Origin: the human T2T-CHM13v2.0 reference genome, Homo sapiens
Length of the DNA: 64,000 bases
Strand: one strand, 5' to 3'
NCBI RefSeq assembly: GCF_009914755.1
Contig: NC_060936.1
Positions within the stretch are counted from its first letter, which is position 1. Each line of letters begins with the position of its first letter. A program made the position numbers and the translations under genes. Below are positions 50,989-64,000 of the stretch, piece after piece. The notes beneath the pieces are model-generated. The model worked only from the letters and a program-made list of their open reading frames with translations, was not told where the DNA came from and did not search any database.

Positions 50989-51932
50989 ATTTATTTGGTT
51001 TTAAATCCCATCTACATGATAACTTCCAAAGGCATGTCATCAGCTCTGAGACTCACTTCTGGGTATTCATGCATACAACTGCTTTTTTAACTTATACAAG
51101 TGGTTGTCTTATAGATCCCTCAAAAGTATCATCCAAACATAAAATAATTATTTTATATCACAAACATCACCCTAATACTGGTGCTTACCAAGTTTACTTC
51201 TTGTCAATAAATGTTACCACTATCCACTTGATTAATCAGACCATAAATGAAAGTCATCAATCTCAAGTCTTTCTTTTTAATCTGCCAACTCCTATTCATC
51301 ACTGCCTCATAAGTTATCAGTTATAACTCCAAAACATGCCTCACAGCTGTTTACTTCTCTCCATAGCTCCCATCATCAGCCTAACTCAAGCTTTTCTTCC
51401 CTCTTATGGTCTACCCAAAGGGCCTCCTAACTTACATTTCTGCTTCTTCTTCTTTTATTCTCCTTCCAATTCATCTTCTATGTGACATCCAGAATAATCT
51501 TTTGAAAATGTAAACATGCCCATGTCATTCCACCAGCCAAAAAATTTTAATGGCTTCCTGTAGTACTTATAATAAAATCTCTTTTCTTTGGTCTAAAGGT
51601 CCTGGCTCCTATTTTCCTCTCTAACCTCATTTTAGGCAGTATCCCTTCTTTCTCTTTGCTCCAGCCTCCTGGCCTTCTTGTAGGCCCTTTTACACACCAA
51701 ACCCTTTCCTACCTCATGGCCTTTGCACCTGCTATTTCCTCTTACTAGAATGTTCTTAACCCCATCCTTGAATGGCTGACTTTTTCCTCATCCTTTAAGC
51801 CTCTGCTTAAATGTCAGCATGTCAGCTCTAAACATCAATCTGAAATAGGTGCTCCATTCTTAGTCTCTCTCATAGCACCTGTCTTCCCCCTTAATAAAAC
51901 TTATATTTTGCTACTATACATTTAAATGTTTA

Positions 51933-52415
<483 letters not shown>

Positions 52416-54164
52416 TGTTTATGTTTCCCCCACTAGACAGTAAGCTTCGTGAAGGAACAGGACACAGACATGTGTTTGATTTACACCTGAATAAAATTGA
52501 ACAAATGGTTAAATAAGGGAGATCTGAGATATAAATATCAAGGTTCAGAAAATATATCAAGGGTAATATATAGTATAATACCAATTTTGGTATATGTATA
52601 GCATAATACCAATTTGATTAAAACATAAGCATATATATGCATATATATATATATGGAAAAAAATAGAATACAGTGTACCAGAATGTAATGATTATCATCT
52701 AATTTTTTAAAACTGTATTATGCATTTCTGGGTTTTCCCAATTTCTTGCAATGAGTAGAATTTACTTTTAAAATCAGAAACAAAAAACTTTCAGGCAGTT
52801 TTCCTGTTTTTAGTTCACTCTATTATAAAAAGTGAAAACTGGAAATAATAAGAAATCTACAGATATGTTATGACTAGTTCAGCTTATGGGAAATACACTG
52901 GTTATTTCCTGGATGCTGGAATGTATTAGCTATCAACCAAGTGATTAATCTTTTTGACTTGAAGTAAAATTTACATCTTAGCTAATGTCTTATGCTACTA
53001 AATAAATAATTGCTAATTCTTTGGAAAATGTGCAGTGCATATCATTCTATACCTATCAAAGGGGTGTAAAATTTTGAGGAAAGACAATTATTAATAATAT
53101 TTGTTGATGTTATACACCCAGAAACAGCTACATTTTAAAGAATTTTAACTTGTGTCCTAAAAAGTCTCGTTCTGAATATCAATAATACTAGATTATCAAA
53201 AGTACCTATGAACCTAATTACAATAACCTCTGGCACAATGTACATGTACAAATATGCGGAAGCCAAGCACTTTTACATAATGATACAGTATTAAGTTTTC
53301 ATAAACTTATAATTAGGAAACTATTCTTTTATTCACCAAGTATGAAAATTTTCAGTTATTTGAAAAAAAAAGTGTGTAAACTTAAATTTGTTAAAACCAG
53401 AAAACACTGTTCCTTTTAAAATTCCAAGCAAAAAGTGAAAAACAATTCACAATCAAGTCTTTCAAAGTTTTCCTTTGTTTTATGCTTGAGCTAATTGGAA
53501 AAATAGCTACTTTTCCAATTTAGGAACAAATCTTGTAGAAAATGATAGAATAGAAATACTCCTCATTTCTAAATCAACTAATTATTAAACTACTTCAGAG
53601 AAGCAGTACTGGAAAGAACACTCAGTAACTTCATCTATTTATGGCACCAAGCAGATGAACTATGTTTTGATAAAAATGTTCAGAAAGTTTTAATATATTA
53701 TGAAGGCCCAGCACAACCACCCAGTCTCACATTCACTTGTCAAGTGAAAGTGATGAAGAAAAAAAGTCATCTGAACAACTGCACATCTTTAATTCAATTA
53801 TTATGTTATAATTAAATCTTAGTAGCCATGATATACAGCCACACTTTCCAGAGATTACACAAGAGTAAATTAGATGAGTACGGGAGTACGGTAGGCAGAA
53901 TATTCTGACATAATATTAAGATAAATTTAATCTAAAACCGCAATTTAGGACTATAAATATCCAACTTGCATGAAGGATACCAAACATACAAACACACACA
54001 GCTACACACACAAAGAAGGTTTACATTCTCATACTCTTCCTCTTGGAAATAAAACACTGGCCTCAACAGAGACTCCACAGCCCTCTTCTTATAAGAGGAA
54101 GACATATAGCTCTGTTATATAACTCATTATCCGAGGCATTTTTTTCACAATCCAATAATACGAA

Positions 54165-54226
54165 ACTCACTTTATTATACGTCTATCCTATCAGTTCTGT
54201 CCCTCTAGAGAACCCTGACTAACACA
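54165..54226 (+). mobile_element. MLT2-type LTR 3' end fragment
   Basis: TATCCTATCAGTTCTGTCCCTCTAGAGAACCCTGACTAACACA. Confidence 0.7.
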
Positions 54227-55665
54227 CCCTGATACCAAAGCCAGACAAAAACATTATAAGAAAAGAAAACTAAAGGCAGCTATCTTTGATGATCACAGGT
54301 GCAAAAATCTTGAACAAAATACTATCAGCCTGAATTCAACAGCACATTAAAAGAATAATTTATCGTAGGTGGGATTTATCCCTGGGATGCAAGGATGGTT
54401 CAACATACACAACTCCATAAAGATGATACAGTACGTTAACAGAACGAATTATGAAAACTATATGATCAACTCAATGGAGCCAAAAAGGCTTTTAACAACA
54501 TTAAAGAAAGTTTCCAGATAAAAATTCAAAACAAGTTAAGTTTTAAAGGAATATACCTCTATACAATAAAAGACATATATGAAAAGCCCACAGCTAACAT
54601 CATACTGAAAGCTTTTCTTCCAATTCAGGAACAAGACAAGGATGCCCACTCTCACACTTCTACTTAACATAGGACTACAAGTTCTAGCCAGAGCAGTTAG
54701 ACAAGAAAAAGAAATAAAAGGCATGCAAATTGGAAAGAAAGAAGTGAAACTGTTTCTATTTGCCAATGACATGATCTTATATAGAGAAAGTTCTAGACTC
54801 CACCAATAAACTATTTCAACTGATAAAGTCAGTAAAGTTACAGGATACAAAATCAACACAGAAAAATCAGTAGTATTTCTTTACACTAACAACAAATTAT
54901 CTGAAAAAGAAATTAAGAAAATCCCATTCACAATAACATGAAAAAACACAAAATACTAAGGAGTAAATTTAACCAAAAAGGTGGAAAATCTATATAATAA
55001 AAAAAAACACTGATGAAAGAAATAATTATGACACAAATAAATGGAAAACTATTCTATGTTCATGGACTGAAAATTGAATATAGCTAAAATGGCCATATTA
55101 CATAAATGATGTAATCTCTATCAAAATTCCAAGTCATTTTTCACAGAAATAGAAAATACAATCCTAAGTTTTATATAGAACCACAAAAGATCCCATATAG
55201 CCAAAGTAACCTTGACAAAAAAGAACAAAGCTGAAGGCATCACACTACCTGACTTCAAAATCGATCACAATGCTACAGTTACCAACACAGCATGTTACTG
55301 TCATAACAACATATAATGACCAGTGGAACAGGACTGAGAGTCCAGAAATAAATCCATGCACAACACAGAATGTGGAAAGGAGAGATGTTGATCAAAGTGT
55401 ACAAAATTTCAGTTAGACAGGAGGAATAAGTTTTAATGATCTACTGTAGAAAAAAGTGACTATAATAATAATGCACTGTATATTTCAAAATTGCTAAGAC
55501 AAAATTTTAAATGTTTTCACCACAAAAATAATAATAAGTAGGTGAGGTACTGGATTTCTTAAACAACCTGATTTAATTATTCCCATAATGTAAACATATA
55601 AAATATCACATTGTATCCCATAAATATATAATATGCAATTATTGTCAATTAAAAGTTAAAACAAA
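54227..55665 (+). mobile_element. L1MA-type ORF2 fragment joined to a 3'UTR (internal deletion near 55365)
   Basis: Degenerate RT region (CCTGATACCAAAGCCAGAC, TTTGCCAATGACATGATC), then CAGTTAGACAGGAGGAATAAGTT. Confidence 0.85.
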
Positions 55666-56295
55666 ACCTCTAAAATTCAATGAAACAACTGAAAGAAAGA
55701 GACAGAAAGGAACCAAAGAACAAATAAAACAATGGACAAGCCTTTACCTAAACTAATTTTAAAAAGAGAGAAATCACAAATAAAATAATAAATGAAAGAG
55801 AAAACATTACAAGTCATGGTACAGGAATAAAAATGATCATAAGGGACTATTATGAACAACTTTAGCCAACAAATTGAATAACCCAGAAGAAATGGATAAA
55901 TTCTTAGAAATATATAACATACTAAGGCTGAACCATGAAAAGATAGGAAACTTGAACAGACCAATAATGAATAAGAGATTGAAGCAGTAATCAACAACCT
56001 CAAAAGCAGTAATCAAAAAGAAAAACCTGGGACTTGACGGCTTCTCTGATGAATGCTACCGAACATTTAAACAAGAAGCAATATCAATCTTCCTTAAATT
56101 CTTCCCAAAATATTAAGAAAAAGAAACACCTTTCAGACTCATTTTATGAAGCCAGCATTATCATCATACCAAAGCCAAAAAGGGCACAACTGGAAAAGAA
56201 AATTATAGACCAATATCCTTGGTGAATATGGATGTAAAAATCCTCAACAAAATACAAGTAGAACAAATTCAACAGCACATTAAAAGGATCATCCT
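55666..56295 (+). mobile_element. Old L1M ORF2 fragment
   Basis: AGAAGAAATGGATAAATTCTTAGA...TCATTTTATGAAGCCAGCATT...CAACAGCACATTAAAAGGATCAT. Confidence 0.8.
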
Positions 56296-57420
56296 TGTCT
56301 ATAATCCTCACTAGCTAGACACCTGGTGTCATCAACTAATGGCATGGGTTGCCTAGAGGGCAGAATCTTAGATTTTTCTTAGTTTTCCTATAATATTCTG
56401 AATCGATAAAATAAATTTGACAGTAGTGCTTACAAATTTTTCAAAATGCCTATGTAAAATTGAATTGTTTATAATGCCCATAAAATAAAAATACAAATAG
56501 GCTGGACATTGTTCTGTACTTCATGTTGTACTGCAAGAAACTGATCACCACATTTAAAACTTGGGAGAAGACAGCTACTATATCAATGATTAACCATAGA
56601 ATAAAATTTTAGGCTGTGGTTTTTCAGTATACATGTACTATCACAAAACCTTATGTTGTGATTTATCTTTATTTAAAACTTTAGATGCTTCACATTTAAG
56701 GAAAATTGTGACTGCATGAGGTTTCTAACTGCACTATACTATGAGTATCAGGGTTTTTTTTTTCAATATACAGCCTATATATATTTTGATAAAAAATACT
56801 CTTTTTTTGAAATAAATTATGATAATAGAGATGTTTACCTTAATCTTGTTGTCTTTTTCCTTAATTTTCAAAATAAAGGGCTAGCAACCTATACTGACAA
56901 CCTTCAAACTTTTCCTTCAAATGTTACTGATTCATATAGCAAAACCCTATCACACACTGATTTAACATACATAAATGTCAACAAAATATATCAGTATTAT
57001 TCATGCCAATGTAGCCTTTACACAAGAGACACACCTAATTAAAATCATAACTACAACTCTAATAATTCATATTTTATTTTGTAATATAATTGGCAGTACA
57101 TGAATATATTGACTATAAATAAAACATAGATCTGTCCTTGTTTATTGATTGGCTATCAGAGAAACTGTAAGGATGGGACTTTCACTTCCAGAAAGATGGA
57201 GTCGTTTCTCTATTTTTCTTGCAAAGTACAACTAAAAACACTGAACTACATTATAGTTATTTCTTTACTTTATCAATGTCGATATTCTGGTTGTGATAAT
57301 GTACTAGAGTTTTTAAGATATTACCACTTGGGGAAAGTGAGCAAACAGGACATAGGATTTCTCTGTATTATTTCTTATGTAAGGACAAATACAAACCAAA
57401 AATTAAAAATAAGAGGGTTA

Positions 57421-58062
<642 letters not shown>

Positions 58063-58546
58063 TGATGCAGTTCCGTCGAGCCCCAAAATTGGGGCTTATC
58101 CTGGGAGGGTTCTTAGCTTCACCCAGAAAAGAATGCAAGGGCAAGCTGGTGGTGTTAAACAACAACTTTTATTAAAGTGTCAGTCTACAGCAACAGCAGA
58201 GTTACTGCTCTTTGCAAGCAGGGCTACACCATAGGCAATGTGCCAAAGTAGCAGCTCAAAGGTGCTTCTGCAGTCATATTTATACTCACTTTTAACTACA
58301 TGCAAATTAAGGAGCAGTGTATGCAGAAATTTATAGGAAAAGAGTGGTAATTTCTAGGTCATTAGGTTGTTGTCATGGAAAGGGGCAATTAATTCCAGGT
58401 ATTGTCACAGCAATGGTAAACTGACATGGCACATTGGTAGACATCTTATGAAAAGCTGCTTCCACACCAGCCCTGTTTTTGCTAGTCCTCAATTTGGTCT
58501 AGTGTCTAAGCCTCACCTCTGGAGTTGAGTCCCAACTTCCACCTCA
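58063..58546 (-). mobile_element. ERV1 solo LTR (MER66-like)
   Basis: TGATGCAG..GAGCCCCAAAATTGGGGCTT...ACCTCA; 4-bp TSD GTTA at 58059-58062 and 58547-58550. Confidence 0.8.
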
Positions 58547-58554
58547 GTTACACT

Positions 58555-61180
58555 ATGAGCAAATGAGATTTTTTTTCCTGTGATACAAGGATGATTGAAA
58601 AAAAGCAAATCAATTAGTGCAATACACAATAAAACAGATTAAAAGATAAAATACCATGACCATCTCAATAGACACAGAAAAAGCACTGGACAAAATTCTA
58701 CAACCTTTCTTGATGAAAATACTTAGTAAATACTTTACCTGAACATGTCAAAACCATATACGTAAAGCCTACGGCAACATCATACTCGTTGGTGAAAAAC
58801 TGAAAGCTTTTCCTCTAAAATCAGGAAAAAGGCAAAGATGACAATTCTCACCACTTCTAATCGACATAGTATGAAAATCCTAGCCAGAGCAATTAGACAT
58901 GAAAAAGAAATAAAAGGTATCCAAATCAAAACAGAGGAAGTAAAATTATCTTCATTTGCAAATGAACTTATAGGTTAAAAAAAAAAATCCCAAAGACTCC
59001 ACAAAAACTGTTAGAAATAATAAACAAATTCATAAGTTGCAGATACGAAATCTATATACAAAAATCAGTTGTGCTTTTTATACACCAACAATGAACCATC
59101 AAAAAAGAAACTTAAGAGATAATTTCTTTCTAACAGAATCAGAAAGAATAAAATACTTGGTAATAAACTTAACTAAGAAGGTAAAAGACACTGAACACAA
59201 AGCATGAATGAAATAAATAAGAAAGACAAAAAAATGGAAAAACCTCCATGTTAATGGATTGGAAAATCAAAATAATCACACTACCCAAAGTGATCTTGAT
59301 CTTTGATTGAATGCAATAATTATCAAAATCCTAATGACATTTTTTATAAAAATAGACAAAACAATCTTAAAATTCATATGGAACCACAAAAGATCCTGAA
59401 TAGCTAAAGCAATCTTGAAAAAGAACAAAGCTCCAGGTATCACACTTCCTGATTTCAAAATATACTAAAAAGCTATAGTCATTAAAATACCATAGTACTG
59501 ATAACAACAGCCACATGGATCATTAGAATAGAAGAGAAAGCTCATAAATAAATTCACACAGAGATGTTTAACTGATCTTCAACAAGGGTGTCAATGGGGA
59601 AGAGATCATTTCTTCAACAGATGGTGTAGAAAAAATTCAATATTCATATACAAATAAATGAAACTGGCCACTTATCCTACATCATACACAAAAGGCTACT
59701 CAAAATGAAGTAAAGACATACATGTAAGATGTGGAACTGTAAAACTCTTAGAAGAAAACATAGGGTAAAAGTTTCATGACATTGGTCTTGGGCCATGAAT
59801 TCTTGATTATAACACCAAAAGCACAAGCAGCAAAAGCAAAATTAGGTGGGATTAACTCAAATTAAAAAGCTTTTCCATGGCAAAGGAAAGCAGAGTCAAA
59901 AGGCAACCTACAGAAGGAGAAAATATTTGTGTACCATCTGATGAGGGATTAACAACCAATATATACAAAGAAATCGGAAACTCAGCAGCAAAACAACCAA
60001 ATAACTGAATTTAAAAATAGGCAAAAAAAAAACCTTGAATAAACATTTCTCCAAAGAAGATACACAAATGGTCAACAGGTATATGAAAAGATGCTCAACA
60101 TCACTAATCATTGGAGAACTGTAAATTCACACTTCCCTGAGATATTGTCTCATGCCTGTTAGAATGGCTATTATCAAAAAAAAAAAAAAAAAAAAAAGGA
60201 AGAATTGTTTTTGAGGATGTGGAGAAATTAGAGCATTTGTGCCCTATTGGTGGAATTGTAAAATGGTGCAGCCACTATGGAGAACAGTATGAAATTTCCA
60301 AAAATTAAAAATATTTATCATGTGGTCCAGCAATCCCACTTTTGAGTATATATCAAAAAAAAAAAAACTCAACGATCTTGAAGAGATATCTACACTCCTA
60401 TGTTCATTACAGCATTATTCACAATAGTCTACATACCATGGGACATGATTCAGCCTTTAAAAGGAAGGAAATCATGCCATTTGTAACAACATGGATGAAT
60501 GTGGAAGATATTATGCTAAGCGAAATAAACCAGACACAGAAGGACAGATACTACATAATATCACTTATATGATGAATTTAAAATATTCAAATTCATAGAA
60601 GCAAAAAGTAGAAGAATGTCTGTCCGGGGTTGAAGGGAGGGAAAACTGGGAAGAATTAGTCAAAGGGTATTAAGTTTCAGTTACGAAAAATGAGTAAGTC
60701 CCAGAGATCTGCTGTACAGCATGGTGCCTATGGTTAACTATACAGCATTCCATACTTAAAAATTTGCTAAAAGTGTAGATATTATGTTAAGTGTTCTTAT
60801 TACAAAAAATAATGTGGAAATATACAATGGAATATTATTCAGCTTTACAAAATAAGGTAATCCTGCTATATGCAGCAACATGAATAAACCTGGAGGACAT
60901 TATATTAACTGAAATAAACAAGTCACAGAAGGACAAATACTGTATAATTCCACTTACATGAGGTATCTAAAATAGTCAAACTTAAAGAAACAGCACAGAA
61001 TGGTGGGTGCCACTGGCTGGGCGGGGGAGAGAAAAACGGGAAATTGTTGTTCAATGGGTATAAAGTTTTAGTTATGCAAGATGAGTAAGTTCACTGCCAA
61101 TAGTTAATAATACTGTACTGTACACTTAAAATTTTTTAAAGGTCATATATTAAGTGTTCTTATCACAATAAAAAATAAAG
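58555..61180 (+). mobile_element. L1MA/L1MB ORF2 and two successive 3'UTRs
   Basis: Degenerate RT to C-terminus; 3' ends at ~60440-60810 and ~60815-61180, both ending TAAGTGTTCTTAT. Confidence 0.85.
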
Positions 61181-62427
61181 AAAAATCAAAGCAAAGCAAA
61201 TCAGAACGAATATTAAAAACGACTTATTAAACTTTCAAACACAAAAACAAATTGAAACATTAAAAGAAAACATGACCTACACAGAACATCAATCTTGAAT
61301 GACTAATACCAAGATACAGTCTAGTGAAAGTACTTAATATTATTTAAAAAAGAAAACTAATCCACTAGCCATTCATGCAGAATGAGTACATGGCTTAAAA
61401 TAAAATTATATTTTCATCAAACTTTTTGTCAGAAATGCTTTATGACAGAATAAAAATGGAATAATATATTAAATATACACAAGGAAAGAAAATGTGATCA
61501 AAAGATTTTATGTTCTTCAAATATAAAGGACACAAATTGTTATCAACATGCAAGAACTAGGGAAATACTGTTCCTATGAACTTTTCTAAGGAATCTACTA
61601 AAGATTGATTTTTATAAAACCAAAATTACTAGAGAAATATTGACATATAGAGTAGTGGTGAGCATTACTTACAGAATTAAGACTAAATTATGGCTGAGAG
61701 AAAATAGAGCATGAATGGCAATATAATCTGCTAATGTTGGTATAGTATAACATTATTCCAACTAATACATGAAAATCTCCAATGATCTAGGCACTAAGCA
61801 TCAAAGGGTACTAATATCACAAAAGAGTGAAAACAAGACATAATTTGCTTTCCAATGAAAGTTTTTACAACCACCAATAGATTTGTTAAAGAAACTAAAT
61901 CTCTATTCAACCTTCAGATTCAATTTGCCAAATTGTAGAAATGCAAAGAACAGAAAAAATATAATGAAATGCACCATAAGCACATGTGGTCAACAAGATC
62001 CTGACTGTGTAACTGTAGGTCAAATTAGCTTGTTAGCATTATACATATTATTATATATATTATAATCATTATATATTTCTCTTATATAATCCTGAAGATT
62101 AGATGGTGGAAACATATGAGTTTAATTCCCTGATTCTGGTTATTATGATTATGGAGAAGCATGTCTTTTATGTAAATAAAGCATTCAGATGTTGTGGGGC
62201 ATCTTGTCAGCAACTTGTTTTCAAACAGTTTAAAGGGAAAAAATCCTTTATACTATATTTGCACCTTTTCTGTACGCCCGACATAGCTTCAAATTTTAAA
62301 AAATAACTTTGAATCTGGAAGGTAACAGAAGCATAACATAACAAACTTGGATATAATTAAAGCCTCTCAAAGGAGAATTTTTAGCCTAAAATGCATATAT
62401 TAGAAAAATGACTGACAATACCTGTTA

Positions 62428-62755
<328 letters not shown>

Positions 62756-63562
62756 GATCAAATTAAACCCAAAAATGAGAAAAAAAAATTAGTTGCAGTA
62801 ACCAATGACAGTTTTTTAATTAGAGATAACCATCAAAGGCAGAAATTGATTATTGAAAAGACTAATAACTGATAAACCTTTGCCAAGAAGAACCAAAAAA
62901 AGAAACACAAATTATCAATATACGAAGGTAAAAAAGGGACATCATGATAGATCCTACAGAAAGTACACATGGCATACGTGCGTATTACAAGCAGTGTTAT
63001 GCCAATAAATTGAAAATTTAGGTTAAATGGACAAATTCCTGAAAAATCATGGCACACAAAACTAACAGAAGAAATTGAAATTGTAAGTAGACATGTATGT
63101 AACGAAGATACTGAATCTGATATTAAAACCTCCTATAATGAAATGTCCAGACTCAGAATGCTTTAACAGCAAACTTTGTCAGACATTTAACTAAAATATA
63201 ACACCAATTTTACTCATATTCCTTCAAAGAGAAAACGGAAATGCTTTCAAACAGAAGTAATGAGGCTTGCCTAATCTTAACAACAAAAGCTACAAGTTTA
63301 TGACAAAGAAGTAAATTTATAGATCAATATAATTCATAACAGGCAAAATTCTAACAAATAGTAGCAAAGCCTAGTAAGCAATATATTTAAAAGACAATAC
63401 ATTATTATTCAGCTGGAAACATTATGGAAATACGTGTTTTAGCACTGAAAATCAAGCATGTATTTCACCTTCATGACAAAATAAAAATCATATAATTATC
63501 TGAATAAATGCAAACACATGGAAATTTTACCCATGGGATCAAGAACAAGAACGCCTCCTGTC

Positions 63563-63870
63563 GGCCGGGTGCGGTGGCTCACGCCTGTGGTCCCAGCACT
63601 TTGGGAGGCCGAGGCGGGCGGATCACAAGGTCGGAGATCGAGACCATCCTGGCTAACACGGTGAAACCCCGTCTCTACTAAAAAATACAAAAAAAATTAG
63701 CCTGGCATGGTGGCGGGCGCCTGTAGTCCCAGCTACTCAGGAGGCTGAGGCAGGAGAATGGTGTGAATCCGGGCGATGGAGCTTGCAGTGAGCCGAGATT
63801 GCTCCACTGCACTCCAGCCTGGACGACAGAGCGAGACTTCATCTCTCACAAAAAAAAAAAAAAAAGAAAA
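63563..63870 (+). mobile_element. AluY
   Basis: CpG-rich with Y diagnostics; 16-bp TSD AAGAA(C/T)GCCTCCTGTC at 63547-63562 and 63871-63886. Confidence 0.95.
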
Positions 63871-64000
63871 AAGAATGCCTCCTGTCACCGCTTTTATTCA
63901 ACACTATACAGGAGGCCCCTGTCAGTACAGTAAGGATAAATGTATGTATAAATTGACAGACAGATTCTAAAATTTCTGTTGAGCTGTGTAATGCTAAGAA

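Overview
Primate (almost certainly human) genomic DNA, AT-rich and repeat-dense. The whole window is interior to a minus-strand gene that I recognise as CPNE8 (copine 8). Three short GT-AG coding exons (48350-48453, 39708-39747, 29169-29245; probably exons 4-6) splice in frame to give most of the C2A domain; none is called as such in the ORF track. Everything else is intron filled with transposable elements. At 1-8571 a young L1HS with pre-Ta diagnostics (intact ORF1, broken ORF2) is joined directly to the 3' part of an older L1PA3-like element. There are also a two-LTR MaLR provirus, nested LTRs, about 15 Alus, and L2/MIR/old L1 debris. Most interesting observations: (1) a candidate unannotated 111-nt in-frame cassette exon at 23499-23609, at the point where the paralogue CPNE5 has an insert; (2) a fold-back mosaic at 20251-20396 whose loop is copied from 1.5 kb away; (3) the L1-in-L1 junction at a TT|AAAA site, with unusual variants shared by the two copies that suggest patchy gene conversion; (4) the L1 antisense promoter points towards the downstream CPNE8 exons. 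Subfamily names and consensus comparisons are from memory, not alignment. Boundaries of old repeats are approximate.
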